This document shows positions 28,685 to 38,598 of a stretch of DNA of 64,000 nucleotides, piece by piece. This stretch comes from Halarcobacter sp. (GTDB taxonomy: Bacteria > Campylobacterota > Campylobacteria > Campylobacterales > Arcobacteraceae): contig OY781089.1 in NCBI GenBank assembly GCA_963676565.1, positions 1,728,001-1,792,000 of the forward strand. Reading direction: 5' to 3'. Below the pieces are notes generated by a model, which was not told where the DNA came from, did not search any database, and saw only the letters and a list, made by a program, of their open reading frames with translations. The translations under genes and the position numbers were made by a program. Numbering within the stretch: position 1 is the first letter of the stretch; every line of letters begins with the position of its first letter.

Positions 28685-29248
28685 ATGGGGTTTTTTAAAA
28701 ATATTGTAAATTTAATTGCTAAAGCGTCAATTCCAACTTATAAATTTGAAGAAAATAGCTTGATTTTTAAATTAAATAACGATCAATTCTTTACATATGA
28801 TTTGGGTGAATATGAGATTAAAACCAGACACGATTCTTATGTTTTAGAAGCTTATACTTTAAAAAATGATGATATCTTTTTAGAATATATAAGAACCCAT
28901 AATAATGCTTCATGGAATGGACAACCATTATCTTTATTTGAAGGTTTTTTTAAAATTAAACTAAATATTAAATCATTTAAACTTTTAGAAGAAAAAGAGA
29001 TAAATAAATACACATTTAAAGTGTTTAAAGTTGATGATTCTTTTGTTTTACATATTATTTATATTTATACGGCGGTTTCTGATATTATCATTGTTGATAT
29101 GAAAGGTGAACTTTATAAAAATTTACTTACAAGGCTAGATGAATCTTATAAATATAAGTTTAATGATGAAGAGAAAGGCTTTGTTAATTTCAATATCTCA
29201 ATGATAAAAGAAAACTATATTCAAAACTTTATAGAAGGTGAAAAATGA
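28685..29248 (+). CDS. Hypothetical protein (paralogue of the next gene)
   Basis: AGGA RBS; shares IFLE..WNG.P..LNI..Y.FK..KV..IYIY..D..G.LY with 29245-29871. Confidence 0.8.
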   Translation: MGFFKNIVNLIAKASIPTYKFEENSLIFKLNNDQFFTYDLGEYEIKTRHDSYVLEAYTLKNDDIFLEYIRTHNNASWNGQPLSLFEGFFKIKLNIKSFKLLEEKEINKYTFKVFKVDDSFVLHIIYIYTAVSDIIIVDMKGELYKNLLTRLDESYKYKFNDEEKGFVNFNISMIKENYIQNFIEGEK

Positions 29249-29871
29249 AAATAAAAAACTATTTACTTATGGCTTTATTAACTTTTTTCTTGATTGGATG
29301 TGCATCCACTACAAGATATCAGTTTAATACAAATAAACTAGTTTTAGGAAAAGAGAATAGTTTAGTTAATTTAAACTTTACTAATCCAAAGTTTCAAAGG
29401 CAAGGTTCTTTTTGTACCACAGAATCATTCACATTAAGTGATGAAAATAAAGACTATGGATACATTTTTTTAGAATCAATAGAGCTTAGCAATAATTGTT
29501 ATTGGAATGGATTACCAAGTTCTTTTTTACAAAACAATATAAAAGAGCAATTAAACATAACTTCGCTAAAAACAGTTGAAGATTATGATATTGACGGATA
29601 TAATTTTAAGACTTTAAAAGTAAATGATGATTCTTATCTCAATTTGATTTATATTTATAGTGGAAATAAAAACAGATTTATCATTGATTCCAATGGAAAA
29701 TTATATGATAAATTACTAAAAAGTTTTAAACCAGACTATGAAAATAAATATCTGGGTAAGAAGAGATTTCTTGGAAAATATAACGATAGTTTAGTTAGAA
29801 AAAATATAATTAATCGATATTTTGAAGCTGAGAAGATTGAGCTAACTTCTCAACTTATTTTATCCCTTTAA
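29245..29871 (+). CDS. Hypothetical lipoprotein
   Basis: Lipobox FLIG-C; ATGA overlap with the upstream gene. Confidence 0.82.
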   Translation: MKIKNYLLMALLTFFLIGCASTTRYQFNTNKLVLGKENSLVNLNFTNPKFQRQGSFCTTESFTLSDENKDYGYIFLESIELSNNCYWNGLPSSFLQNNIKEQLNITSLKTVEDYDIDGYNFKTLKVNDDSYLNLIYIYSGNKNRFIIDSNGKLYDKLLKSFKPDYENKYLGKKRFLGKYNDSLVRKNIINRYFEAEKIELTSQLILSL

Positions 29872-30680
29872 TTTCCAAAAACTTTTTTAAGTAAAGAGGT
29901 AGTTTGCTCAACGGGATTAGTTCTAATAAGAGCTTCTTTTTGGGCAATCATCTCAAATAATCCATCAATAGCTTTATTTGTTACATAATCATCTAAGTTT
30001 TCATCACTTGCACTTGGGATATAAGAATCAACCCCAAACCCTTTTGCTAAATTCATAACAGAACTATTTTCAACAACACCCTTACCATATTGTTTATAAT
30101 ATGAATTAAAAGAATCATAGTATTTAGCTACACTATTTTGAGCCATTGTTTCTTGAACAATAGGTTTTATCATATCTCTCAATGATTTAGTTGTGTTATC
30201 CTTAAAATAGTTTGTTGCTGCATTTTTATCACCATTTAAAATCTTTTTTGCATCATCTAAGGTCATCTTATCAATTGCATTTACAAATATCTCTGCAGTT
30301 TTAGGAGCAGCTTTTGTTGCTGCACTATTCATCGATTTTATTAAATCATCTGCAACTTTATCTCCACCCACTTTTCTAATTAGTGTTTCTGCTTTTTGTA
30401 AGTTTTCAGGTAGTGGAATTTTTACAAGTGAATTATTTAAATATCCATTTTGTGCACCAAGTGTATTAACTGCATAATCAACACCAACTTTTAATGCTTC
30501 TTTTAAACCACTAGAAACAGTTGAGTTTGTTAAACTAGAATTTGTTGTTGCGCTTGTTGAACTGCTAGATTTTGTTACACTATCTGTAACTGCTTTAGTG
30601 ATACTTCCTAAGTCAAAGGCAAAACTTATAGTTGAACATAAAAGTAAAGATGCAACGATTGATGTTTTTTTATTTATCAT
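29868..30680 (-). CDS. DUF4197-family exported protein
   Basis: Signal peptide; SGLKEAL, VKIPLP, AATNYF and LLKKVFG motifs. Confidence 0.9.
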   Translation of the reverse strand: MINKKTSIVASLLLCSTISFAFDLGSITKAVTDSVTKSSSSTSATTNSSLTNSTVSSGLKEALKVGVDYAVNTLGAQNGYLNNSLVKIPLPENLQKAETLIRKVGGDKVADDLIKSMNSAATKAAPKTAEIFVNAIDKMTLDDAKKILNGDKNAATNYFKDNTTKSLRDMIKPIVQETMAQNSVAKYYDSFNSYYKQYGKGVVENSSVMNLAKGFGVDSYIPSASDENLDDYVTNKAIDGLFEMIAQKEALIRTNPVEQTTSLLKKVFGN

Positions 30681-30782
30681 GATATATCCTAATTGATTTT
30701 TTTATTATTATATGTTAATTTCCATAAAATATGATTATTTTATTTATTTACTATATAATAATTGTGTAAATAAGGAGTAATA

Positions 30783-31214
30783 GTGATTAATAAGATTTCA
30801 AAATTTTTACATAGTTTTAAAAACAAAACATTAGAAACACACGAAATAGTTGAGTTAAAAGAGAAAATATACAAGTTTGCCAATGATATAAAAGAACAAT
30901 CTTTTGATAAAGAGTATGAAGAGAATTTTTTAACTATATTAGGCTACAGCTATAGATTAAATGACTTATCTCAAAGAATTTTTTATACTTTTCAAGAGGC
31001 AGTTTATGCAATAGATTTAGATATATTGATGAAAAATGAGGATTCAAAAAAATTAAACTCTATTGTTTATATTTTAGTTTTAGAGCAATTAATTAAATAT
31101 TACGAATCAAATAATGAAGATGAAGAATTAAAACAAAAAGCTCTTGAAACGTATAAAATTATAGAAGATAGAAAAGCAAAAGAGAATAAAAAGTATCATA
31201 TGTATCAGTATTAA
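30783..31214 (+). CDS. Hypothetical protein
   Basis: AAGGAG RBS, GTG start, 143 aa open frame. Confidence 0.75.
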   Translation: MINKISKFLHSFKNKTLETHEIVELKEKIYKFANDIKEQSFDKEYEENFLTILGYSYRLNDLSQRIFYTFQEAVYAIDLDILMKNEDSKKLNSIVYILVLEQLIKYYESNNEDEELKQKALETYKIIEDRKAKENKKYHMYQY

Positions 31215-31270
31215 ATTGTGATGAGTTGTGAAATAATGTTAGAATATGTTAGCAATTAAAGAGGTTTAGT

Positions 31271-33550
31271 GTGGCAATTTTTAAAAAAAATGTATGGATG
31301 ATTTTTTATATTATTTTTCTAATCAGTTTAATCATCTTTTTATTTTTAATATATAAAGTTGATAAAAGTGAATATAATGAATTTACTGAAAAACAAGAAA
31401 ATCTAACCAAAATCACAGCAAACTCAATCAATTCTATTTTTTTACAATATGAAATGGTTTTAGATATTTTAGGATCTCAATTAATTAAAAATAAACTTTA
31501 TAAAGATTTTGAATCCTCAAGAAAACTTTTAGATAATTTATTAACTGTTAATACAGATCTTCTTGCTTTTGCTTTAGTTAAAGAAAATGGACAAATATAT
31601 GCAACTAGCACCAATCTTTCTAAAATAAAGAATCTTCCAAATCTGTTGGATCTTGAAGAGACTAGAGATACTTTTTTAAAGTCATTAAATTCAAAAGAGA
31701 TGGTAATTGGTAGAACTTATTATAGTAATGAATTAAAGGATATAGTTATACCCATTAGAAAAGCTATTAGAGATAAAAGCGGAAATGTTATAGCTGTTAT
31801 TATAACAGGAATTAAAGTAGATAAAAATTTTAAACTATTGAGCGATACTCAAAGTAAAACTGTTTTGATTAGAGGGGATGATAGGTATATACAACTTTTG
31901 GATTATAGTAAAAGCAATCATTTAAAAAAATTTTATAAAATTCAAGTTCCTTTAGTGCATCTTGAAGACAATATAAGAAAAATTGAAACAAAATATAATC
32001 AAAAAATTGAGAATATAAAAAATAATGAAAATATAGTTACCATTGAATATAAGGCATTAATGATAAATAAAAATGTTCTAGCTTCAGTTCAATATTTAAA
32101 AAGATATGATTTATGGGTAATATCTCAAATAGAGAAAATTATCATAGAAGAGCAAATAAATAAGAAAATATTGATTATAAGTATATTTTTTGTAATAGTC
32201 TTATTTATTTTTTATCTATTAATTAGAAGTATTGATAAATTTGAGATGAAGAAACAAAAAGCTCTTTATTATCAAGCAACCCATGATTATTTAACAAATT
32301 TAAATAATCGTTTATATTTATCAAAAAATTTTGAAGAGAAAGAAATATTTGATGAGTACACACTATTTTTTATTGATTTAGATAATTTCAAAAACATAAA
32401 TGATAACTATGGTCATGCTATTGGTGATTATATTCTTAAAGAAGTTGCTTCACGACTTAATTTTTTTAAAGAAGAAAGAGATATTCTAGCAAGAAACAGT
32501 GGCGATGAATTTTTATTGATAAAAGAATCTATATGTAAAGATTATATTAATCAGATTGCTCAAAAGATTATTGATAAAATATCAGAGCCTTATTATATAC
32601 AAAAATATAAGATTACTGTAGGTGTAAGTATTGGAATTGCACAATATCCAAGTGATGCTAAAAACTTTGATGAACTTAAAAGATATTCTGATATTGCAAT
32701 GTATAAAGCAAAAAAAGTAAGAAATACATATTGTTTTTTTGAAGATTCAATTAAACATAAATATCTAAGAGATTCTTTAATTGAACAGGAATTAAAAAAT
32801 GCAGTAACTAATAATGAGATATATTTAGTTTATCAACCACAAATAGATAAAAATGGTCTCCTTTTTGGTGTAGAGGCATTAGTTAGATGGGAAAATAAAA
32901 AACTAGGAGTAGTCTCTCCAGATGAGTTTATTAAGATTGCAGAATCAACAGGTCAAATGGTTAATCTTGGAGAGTATATATTAAAAACTTCAATTAAAGA
33001 GATAAAAGAGATTCAAAGTTCACTAAATATATCTTTTCAATTATCTATTAACGTTTCAGTAAAACAATTTATGGAAATAGATTTTTATGATAAGTTTTTT
33101 AAAATAATAAATAAATATAATATTGATTATAAATATATAACTCTAGAAGTAACTGAGAATGTTTTTATTGAAGATTTAAAGTATATACTAGATTTATTGA
33201 GTAAATTGAAAACAAAAGGAATTAGAATTTCTCTTGATGATTTTGGTACAGGATATTCATCTTTAAGTTTATTGGGTAAATTACCAATTGATGAGCTTAA
33301 AATTGATAGAAGCTTTGTAGAAGATGTTTTATCTGATGTAAATTCAAGAAACATGATAAATGGTATTATATCAATTGGTAAAAAATTAGATTTGGAAGTT
33401 TTAGCAGAAGGTATTGAAACAATTGAACAAAAAGAGTTTTTACTCAAATCAAAATGCGATTTATTTCAAGGGTATTATTTTTCTAAACCTTTAAAAAAAG
33501 ATCAGCTAAAAGAATATGTAAAAGAAAATTTTAAAGATAAGGTATTTTAA
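31271..33550 (+). CDS. Membrane Cache-GGDEF-EAL protein (probable c-di-GMP phosphodiesterase)
   Basis: Two TM segments around a dCache-like domain; SGDEF variant; intact EAL, DDFGTGYSS and EGIE motifs. Confidence 0.92.
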   Translation: MAIFKKNVWMIFYIIFLISLIIFLFLIYKVDKSEYNEFTEKQENLTKITANSINSIFLQYEMVLDILGSQLIKNKLYKDFESSRKLLDNLLTVNTDLLAFALVKENGQIYATSTNLSKIKNLPNLLDLEETRDTFLKSLNSKEMVIGRTYYSNELKDIVIPIRKAIRDKSGNVIAVIITGIKVDKNFKLLSDTQSKTVLIRGDDRYIQLLDYSKSNHLKKFYKIQVPLVHLEDNIRKIETKYNQKIENIKNNENIVTIEYKALMINKNVLASVQYLKRYDLWVISQIEKIIIEEQINKKILIISIFFVIVLFIFYLLIRSIDKFEMKKQKALYYQATHDYLTNLNNRLYLSKNFEEKEIFDEYTLFFIDLDNFKNINDNYGHAIGDYILKEVASRLNFFKEERDILARNSGDEFLLIKESICKDYINQIAQKIIDKISEPYYIQKYKITVGVSIGIAQYPSDAKNFDELKRYSDIAMYKAKKVRNTYCFFEDSIKHKYLRDSLIEQELKNAVTNNEIYLVYQPQIDKNGLLFGVEALVRWENKKLGVVSPDEFIKIAESTGQMVNLGEYILKTSIKEIKEIQSSLNISFQLSINVSVKQFMEIDFYDKFFKIINKYNIDYKYITLEVTENVFIEDLKYILDLLSKLKTKGIRISLDDFGTGYSSLSLLGKLPIDELKIDRSFVEDVLSDVNSRNMINGIISIGKKLDLEVLAEGIETIEQKEFLLKSKCDLFQGYYFSKPLKKDQLKEYVKENFKDKVF

Positions 33551-34281
33551 TGATTAGATTAAATTGTGATATGGGTGAAAGCTTTGGTATTTGGAAGATG
33601 GGAAGAGATGAAGAGATAATGCCTTATATCCATCTTGCAAACTTAGCTTGTGGTTTCCATGCTTCAGATGCTGTTACAATGAATCGGTCAGTTGAACTTG
33701 CAAAAAAATACAATGTAACAATTGGAGCACACCCTTCTTATAATGATTTAATTGGTTTTGGAAGAAGAAGTATTCCTTGTTCTTTAGAGGAGATTAAATC
33801 TATTGTTTTATATCAATTAGGCGCATTAAATGCCTTTTGTAAATCCCATAGTACTTATGTATCTTATGTAAAACCCCATGGAGCTTTATATAATGATATG
33901 ATGAGAGATGAAAATATTTTTAAAGCAGTTCTTAATGCTATTTCTTCTTATGACAGAAATATAAAGTTAATGATTCTTTCAAAACAAGATAATGAAGCTT
34001 ACGCTTATACTGCAAAAATATATGGAATAGAATTAATCTATGAAATCTTTGCAGATAGAAACTACAATGATGATGGAACGCTAGTTTCAAGAGTACATCC
34101 AAATAGTGTTATAGAAGATGAATTAGATGTTTTACAAAGGATGAAAAACCTAATTGATAATGGTTATATTAATAGTATAAATGGAAACAAACTTTTTTTA
34201 AAAGCAGATACTATTTGTGTTCATGGTGATGGAAATAATGCTTTAAATTTTATAAGTGCATTACAAAAAGTAATTAATTAA
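33550..34281 (+). CDS. pxpA: 5-oxoprolinase subunit A (LamB/YcsF)
   Basis: LNCDMGESFG, ACGFHA, VKPHGALYN and TICVHGD motifs. Confidence 0.95.
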   Translation: MIRLNCDMGESFGIWKMGRDEEIMPYIHLANLACGFHASDAVTMNRSVELAKKYNVTIGAHPSYNDLIGFGRRSIPCSLEEIKSIVLYQLGALNAFCKSHSTYVSYVKPHGALYNDMMRDENIFKAVLNAISSYDRNIKLMILSKQDNEAYAYTAKIYGIELIYEIFADRNYNDDGTLVSRVHPNSVIEDELDVLQRMKNLIDNGYINSINGNKLFLKADTICVHGDGNNALNFISALQKVIN

Positions 34282-34964
34282 TGATTATAAAAGTTGCATC
34301 TGTCGATTCTGTAATAATATATTTTGGTGAATTTATATCAAAAGATATATCAAATAAAGTAAAATCGGCTTATACATATTTAAAATCCTTAAAAAATGAT
34401 AGCTTTATAGAAATTATTCCCTCATATACATCTATTTTGATAAAGTATGATATCTTTAAGTATGATTTTTTTTCAATAACTAATTTTTTAAAAAATGAAT
34501 TAAAAGATGTAGAAAATAAAGATTTTACTTCAAATAAACTGATTGTTATAGATACTTTTTATTCAACAGAAGTTGGCTTTGATTTACAAGCAGTTGCCTC
34601 AAATGCAAATATTTCCATTGAAGAAGTTATTAAAATCCATAGCTCTAAAATTTATGATGTGTATACAATTGGTTTTTTACCAGGCTTTGCTTATTTAGCT
34701 TCTATCGATGAAAAAATTATCACCCCAAGATTAAAAACTCCAAGAAAGAAAATACCAAAAGGAAGTGTAGCTATTGCTGATTCTCAAACAGCCGTTTATC
34801 CATGTGATTCACCTGGAGGATGGAATATATTAGGTCGAACAACTTTTGAGTTTTTTGATAAAAATTTGGATGATTTAAGTCCAATTTGTATTAATTCAAA
34901 AATAAAGTTTAATCCAATATCAAAAGAAGAGTATCTTGCACAAGGTGGAAAAATTGAGTTTTAA
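34281..34964 (+). CDS. pxpB: 5-oxoprolinase subunit B
   Basis: IGFLPGFAYL, GSVAIA and SPGGWNILGRT motifs. Confidence 0.95.
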   Translation: MIIKVASVDSVIIYFGEFISKDISNKVKSAYTYLKSLKNDSFIEIIPSYTSILIKYDIFKYDFFSITNFLKNELKDVENKDFTSNKLIVIDTFYSTEVGFDLQAVASNANISIEEVIKIHSSKIYDVYTIGFLPGFAYLASIDEKIITPRLKTPRKKIPKGSVAIADSQTAVYPCDSPGGWNILGRTTFEFFDKNLDDLSPICINSKIKFNPISKEEYLAQGGKIEF

Positions 34965-35856
34965 AGTTTTAAATTCAGCTCTTTTAAGTTTGATTCAAGA
35001 TACTGGAAGGTTTTCATATTCACATTTAGGGGTCACAAATTCAGGATTTATGGATGAGTATGCTGCCTTTGCTTGTAATAAACTCCTTGATAATGATATA
35101 AAAGGGAATCTATTAGAAATCTCTTTCCCTAATTTACATTTAGAAGCTACAAAGGATACAACCCTTGCTATTACGGGTGCTTATTGTGAATTTTTTATTA
35201 ATGAAAAAGAAAAAAACACTTGGGCTAGCCATAAAATAAAAAAAGGTGATACTATAAGAATAGGAAAATTTAGAAGTGGACAAAGGGTTTATTTAGGAGT
35301 AAAAAATGGCTTTGTTTTAAAAAAAGAGTTTGGTAGTTTTTCAACAACATTAAAAGAGGGGTTTGGGAAAAAACTTGAAAAGAATTCTGTTTTGGATTTT
35401 GAAGAGTTTAAAGGGCTAGAATCTAAAAGATGGCATGAAAACTATTTACCAAAATATGATAAAGAATTAACACTTAGAGTTATCCTTTCTTATCAAGAAG
35501 ATTCTTTTTCAAAAGAAGCAAAAGAAGTTTTTTTTAATAATAAGTACAAAATTACATCTGACTTTAATAGAATGGCTTGCAAATTAGATGGAAAAGAGAT
35601 AAAGTCAAATATAAATGGAGTTATCTCTGAAGCGATAAGTTATGGTTCCATACAAATACCAACTGATGGGAAACCTATAGTTTTATTAAAAGAAGCACAA
35701 ACAATTGGAGGTTATCCAAAAATTGGGAGTGTCTTAAGTATTGATTGTTTCAAACTTGCTCAAATGAAAATTGGTGGGACTATTAACTTTAAAGAGATAT
35801 CAATTAATCATGCCCAAGAAAAATTAAAAAATTTTTATTCTATTTTTCTTTCTTAG
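34954..35856 (+). CDS. pxpC: 5-oxoprolinase subunit C
   Basis: IQDTGR, GQRVYL and QTIGGYPKI motifs; likely TTG start at 34954. Confidence 0.93.
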   Translation: MSFKVLNSALLSLIQDTGRFSYSHLGVTNSGFMDEYAAFACNKLLDNDIKGNLLEISFPNLHLEATKDTTLAITGAYCEFFINEKEKNTWASHKIKKGDTIRIGKFRSGQRVYLGVKNGFVLKKEFGSFSTTLKEGFGKKLEKNSVLDFEEFKGLESKRWHENYLPKYDKELTLRVILSYQEDSFSKEAKEVFFNNKYKITSDFNRMACKLDGKEIKSNINGVISEAISYGSIQIPTDGKPIVLLKEAQTIGGYPKIGSVLSIDCFKLAQMKIGGTINFKEISINHAQEKLKNFYSIFLS

Positions 35857-36649
35857 CCTCAATATTTCTAACTAGGTTTGTTAAAATTTCATGAAAATTT
35901 TCATCTTTTTTCACCTTTGCCATTGAAAATTCAAAAGTAGGTTTTATTATAATCCCTGAGTTACTTTTTAAAGTTGTCCCAAAAAGTATATTTGAAATAT
36001 TATCAATCAAAGAAACAATTGAGGATATATCATCTTCATTAAAAGAGATTATAAATTTATTAGAAAGATACCTTGTAATTTCAAAATCTAAACCTTCCTC
36101 TTTTAGTTTTTCTTTTAAATAATTAGAAATATAAATCAATAAGTTGTTAGAGATTAGTGTATTGTAGGTACTTGCAATATACTCATAATCAGATACATCA
36201 ATTAATGCTATAAGTGCATCATTTTTAAATTTAGCATCTTTTGTTAAGTATTTATGATATAACCATTTTTTGTTGTTAGCTTTTGTTAAATAATCTTTAT
36301 ATATATTGTCAGTGATTAATTCTAATTCTTTTTTTAAATCGCCTATTTGATTATATAGATTCTTTAAAAGTAGGGTATTGTTCTCTTTAATTGCCTTTTG
36401 AGCATCGAGGGTTAATCCACTTGCTACATCAATAGTAGTAATTGCTTCATTTACATAGCTATTTATTGCATTAAATTCATCTATAATTAAATCACTTAAT
36501 TCTTTTTCAAAACTATTTTCATGAACATCAACTTCTGAAGTTTTTGCATGTTTGTCAAAGCATTGAAAATAAATAGATGGTAATATGATTTCATTTTTAA
36601 GAAGTTCATTAATTGTTGAATCGGTAATTTCTTTTAATTTAGTCTTCAT
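35840..36649 (-). CDS. Coiled-coil plus degenerate GGDEF-fold protein
   Basis: D.LT...N preceded by a coiled coil, LID..Y, and RYLSNKF in place of RYGGDEF. Confidence 0.7.
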   Translation of the reverse strand: MKTKLKEITDSTINELLKNEIILPSIYFQCFDKHAKTSEVDVHENSFEKELSDLIIDEFNAINSYVNEAITTIDVASGLTLDAQKAIKENNTLLLKNLYNQIGDLKKELELITDNIYKDYLTKANNKKWLYHKYLTKDAKFKNDALIALIDVSDYEYIASTYNTLISNNLLIYISNYLKEKLKEEGLDFEITRYLSNKFIISFNEDDISSIVSLIDNISNILFGTTLKSNSGIIIKPTFEFSMAKVKKDENFHEILTNLVRNIEAKKEK

Positions 36650-37872
36650 TGTTTTTCTCTCTTTAGAATCTCATTTATCTCAACAGGTTTACCAATATAA
36701 TACCCCTGTGAATAGTGAATATTCAATGATTTTACATATCTTAATGTTTTTAAATCACTTACAAACTCCGCGACCACTTTAATATTTTGTTCCTTACAAA
36801 ATAGAGTTATACTTTTTACAAGGTTGTAGTAAATATCTTCATCAATTTTTTTTACTAAACTTCCATCTAGTTTGATATAGTCAGTATTAATATTTAAAAT
36901 ATGTTCATAATTTGAAAAACCTGAACCAAAATCATCTATGGCAATTTTTACATCAAATGCTTTTAAGTCATTAATAAAATCATTAACCAAATAAAAATTA
37001 TTGATTTTACTACTTTCTAATATCTCAATTGTTAAATAACTTCCCACATCATTATCTTTAATATTATTTATAATGAGGTTTTTCATTGAAGGGTTTAGTA
37101 TGTCGTTGTAATCTAAGTTTATATTTACATGGATTTTGTATTCTTTAATATAATTAATAACTTTTATAATAAGAATCTCCATTAATTTATTAAATAGTCT
37201 ATATTTTCTTGCTTTACTTAAAAATACTTGGGGTAATAATACATTTCCTCTTTGATCGTAAAGCCTCATTAAAGCTTCATATTTGACAATTTTTGAGGTT
37301 TTATTATCCATTATTGGTTGGAAAAAAGGTTCAACTTTCTTTTCTTTTATATTGTTTTGTAAGGTTGTAAGTAGTTCAGCATTTTCAAAATGATTTCTAT
37401 AAAGTCTTGAGTCATAATATAAAAAATGAATATAATTCATTTTGGCATTATGAAGTGCCTTTTCCGCATAAATTAATAAATCTTTATCTAAACCTTTTGA
37501 ACAACCAATTGTAACATCAAGATCGATTTCAATATCTGAGTTTAGAAGTTTATATTGTGCAGTTATAATATTATGAAATATAATATTTTTAACCTCTAAT
37601 ATATCCATCTCATCAAGTTCTTTATAAATAGTTAAGGTAAAAACATCCACATGGGTATTTTTGATTTCAACACAAACTTTTGAAGCTAGATATTTTAATA
37701 GGTCTTTTTTTATTTTATTTTTTAATAAAGATAATAGTTGTGAAAGAATATAGTCTCCATTTTTGAATCCATATAGTGCATTAATATCTTTCATGTATAA
37801 TATGTCAATAATGTAAATAGTCTTTGTATAATTTTTGTGGAAATGTTTACAAAGCCTTTGAAACAAGGACAT
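36646..37872 (-). CDS. EAL phosphodiesterase with degenerate GGDEF domain
   Basis: INALYG..GD; HVDVF at the GGDEF position; intact YEAL, IDDFGSGFSN and AEFV motifs. Confidence 0.88.
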   Translation of the reverse strand: MSLFQRLCKHFHKNYTKTIYIIDILYMKDINALYGFKNGDYILSQLLSLLKNKIKKDLLKYLASKVCVEIKNTHVDVFTLTIYKELDEMDILEVKNIIFHNIITAQYKLLNSDIEIDLDVTIGCSKGLDKDLLIYAEKALHNAKMNYIHFLYYDSRLYRNHFENAELLTTLQNNIKEKKVEPFFQPIMDNKTSKIVKYEALMRLYDQRGNVLLPQVFLSKARKYRLFNKLMEILIIKVINYIKEYKIHVNINLDYNDILNPSMKNLIINNIKDNDVGSYLTIEILESSKINNFYLVNDFINDLKAFDVKIAIDDFGSGFSNYEHILNINTDYIKLDGSLVKKIDEDIYYNLVKSITLFCKEQNIKVVAEFVSDLKTLRYVKSLNIHYSQGYYIGKPVEINEILKREKQ

Positions 37873-38067
37873 TTTTTACCTTTATTATATAATTATTAAA
37901 TTAGTATATATAATTTAATCTTAAGAAATGTGCATAAAAAGTACAAAAACTATCAAATTCAAAAAAAAAGTTAAAATTGATCTTAGTAGATTATACAGTT
38001 TGTATAAAAGAGTTAGTTTTAATGATTTTTGGATAGAATTCATGAAAATTTAATTAAGGTATTTTAT

Positions 38068-38598
38068 TTGGAAGAAATTATCAAAGACTGGGGCTATTTG
38101 GCCTTGTTTTTATATTCATTTGGTGGAGGATTTGTAGGGCTTGTTGTAGCAGGTGTTTTATCTTTTGCTGGGGATTTAAATCTATTTATTTGTATGCTTG
38201 TCGCAGGTACATCAAATTTTATTGGGGATCAGTTTTTATTTTACATGGCAAGAAGTAATAAAGCCTATGCAAAAGATACAATGAAAAAGTTTGGAAGAAA
38301 AGTTGCTCTTGCGCATTTATGGATGAGAAAGTATGGTTCAACAGTAGTATTTTTTCAAAAATATATTTATGGAATTAAGACATTGATTCCTTTAGCAATG
38401 GGATTAACTAAGTACTCTTTTCAGAAGTTTACAATTTATAATATCTTTGCCTCAACCATTTGGGCAATTGTTATTGGTTATGCTAGTTTTATGATGGGTG
38501 AAGTTATTCTAACGTATGCAGAAGAGTATAAATATTACGGAGTTGGGGTAATATTACTTTTAGTTTTTGGTATCTCATATTATGTTAAAAGAATATAA
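38068..38598 (+). CDS. DedA-family membrane protein
   Basis: GDQFLFYMAR and KYIYGIKT motifs; likely TTG start at 38068. Confidence 0.9.
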   Translation: MEEIIKDWGYLALFLYSFGGGFVGLVVAGVLSFAGDLNLFICMLVAGTSNFIGDQFLFYMARSNKAYAKDTMKKFGRKVALAHLWMRKYGSTVVFFQKYIYGIKTLIPLAMGLTKYSFQKFTIYNIFASTIWAIVIGYASFMMGEVILTYAEEYKYYGVGVILLLVFGISYYVKRI

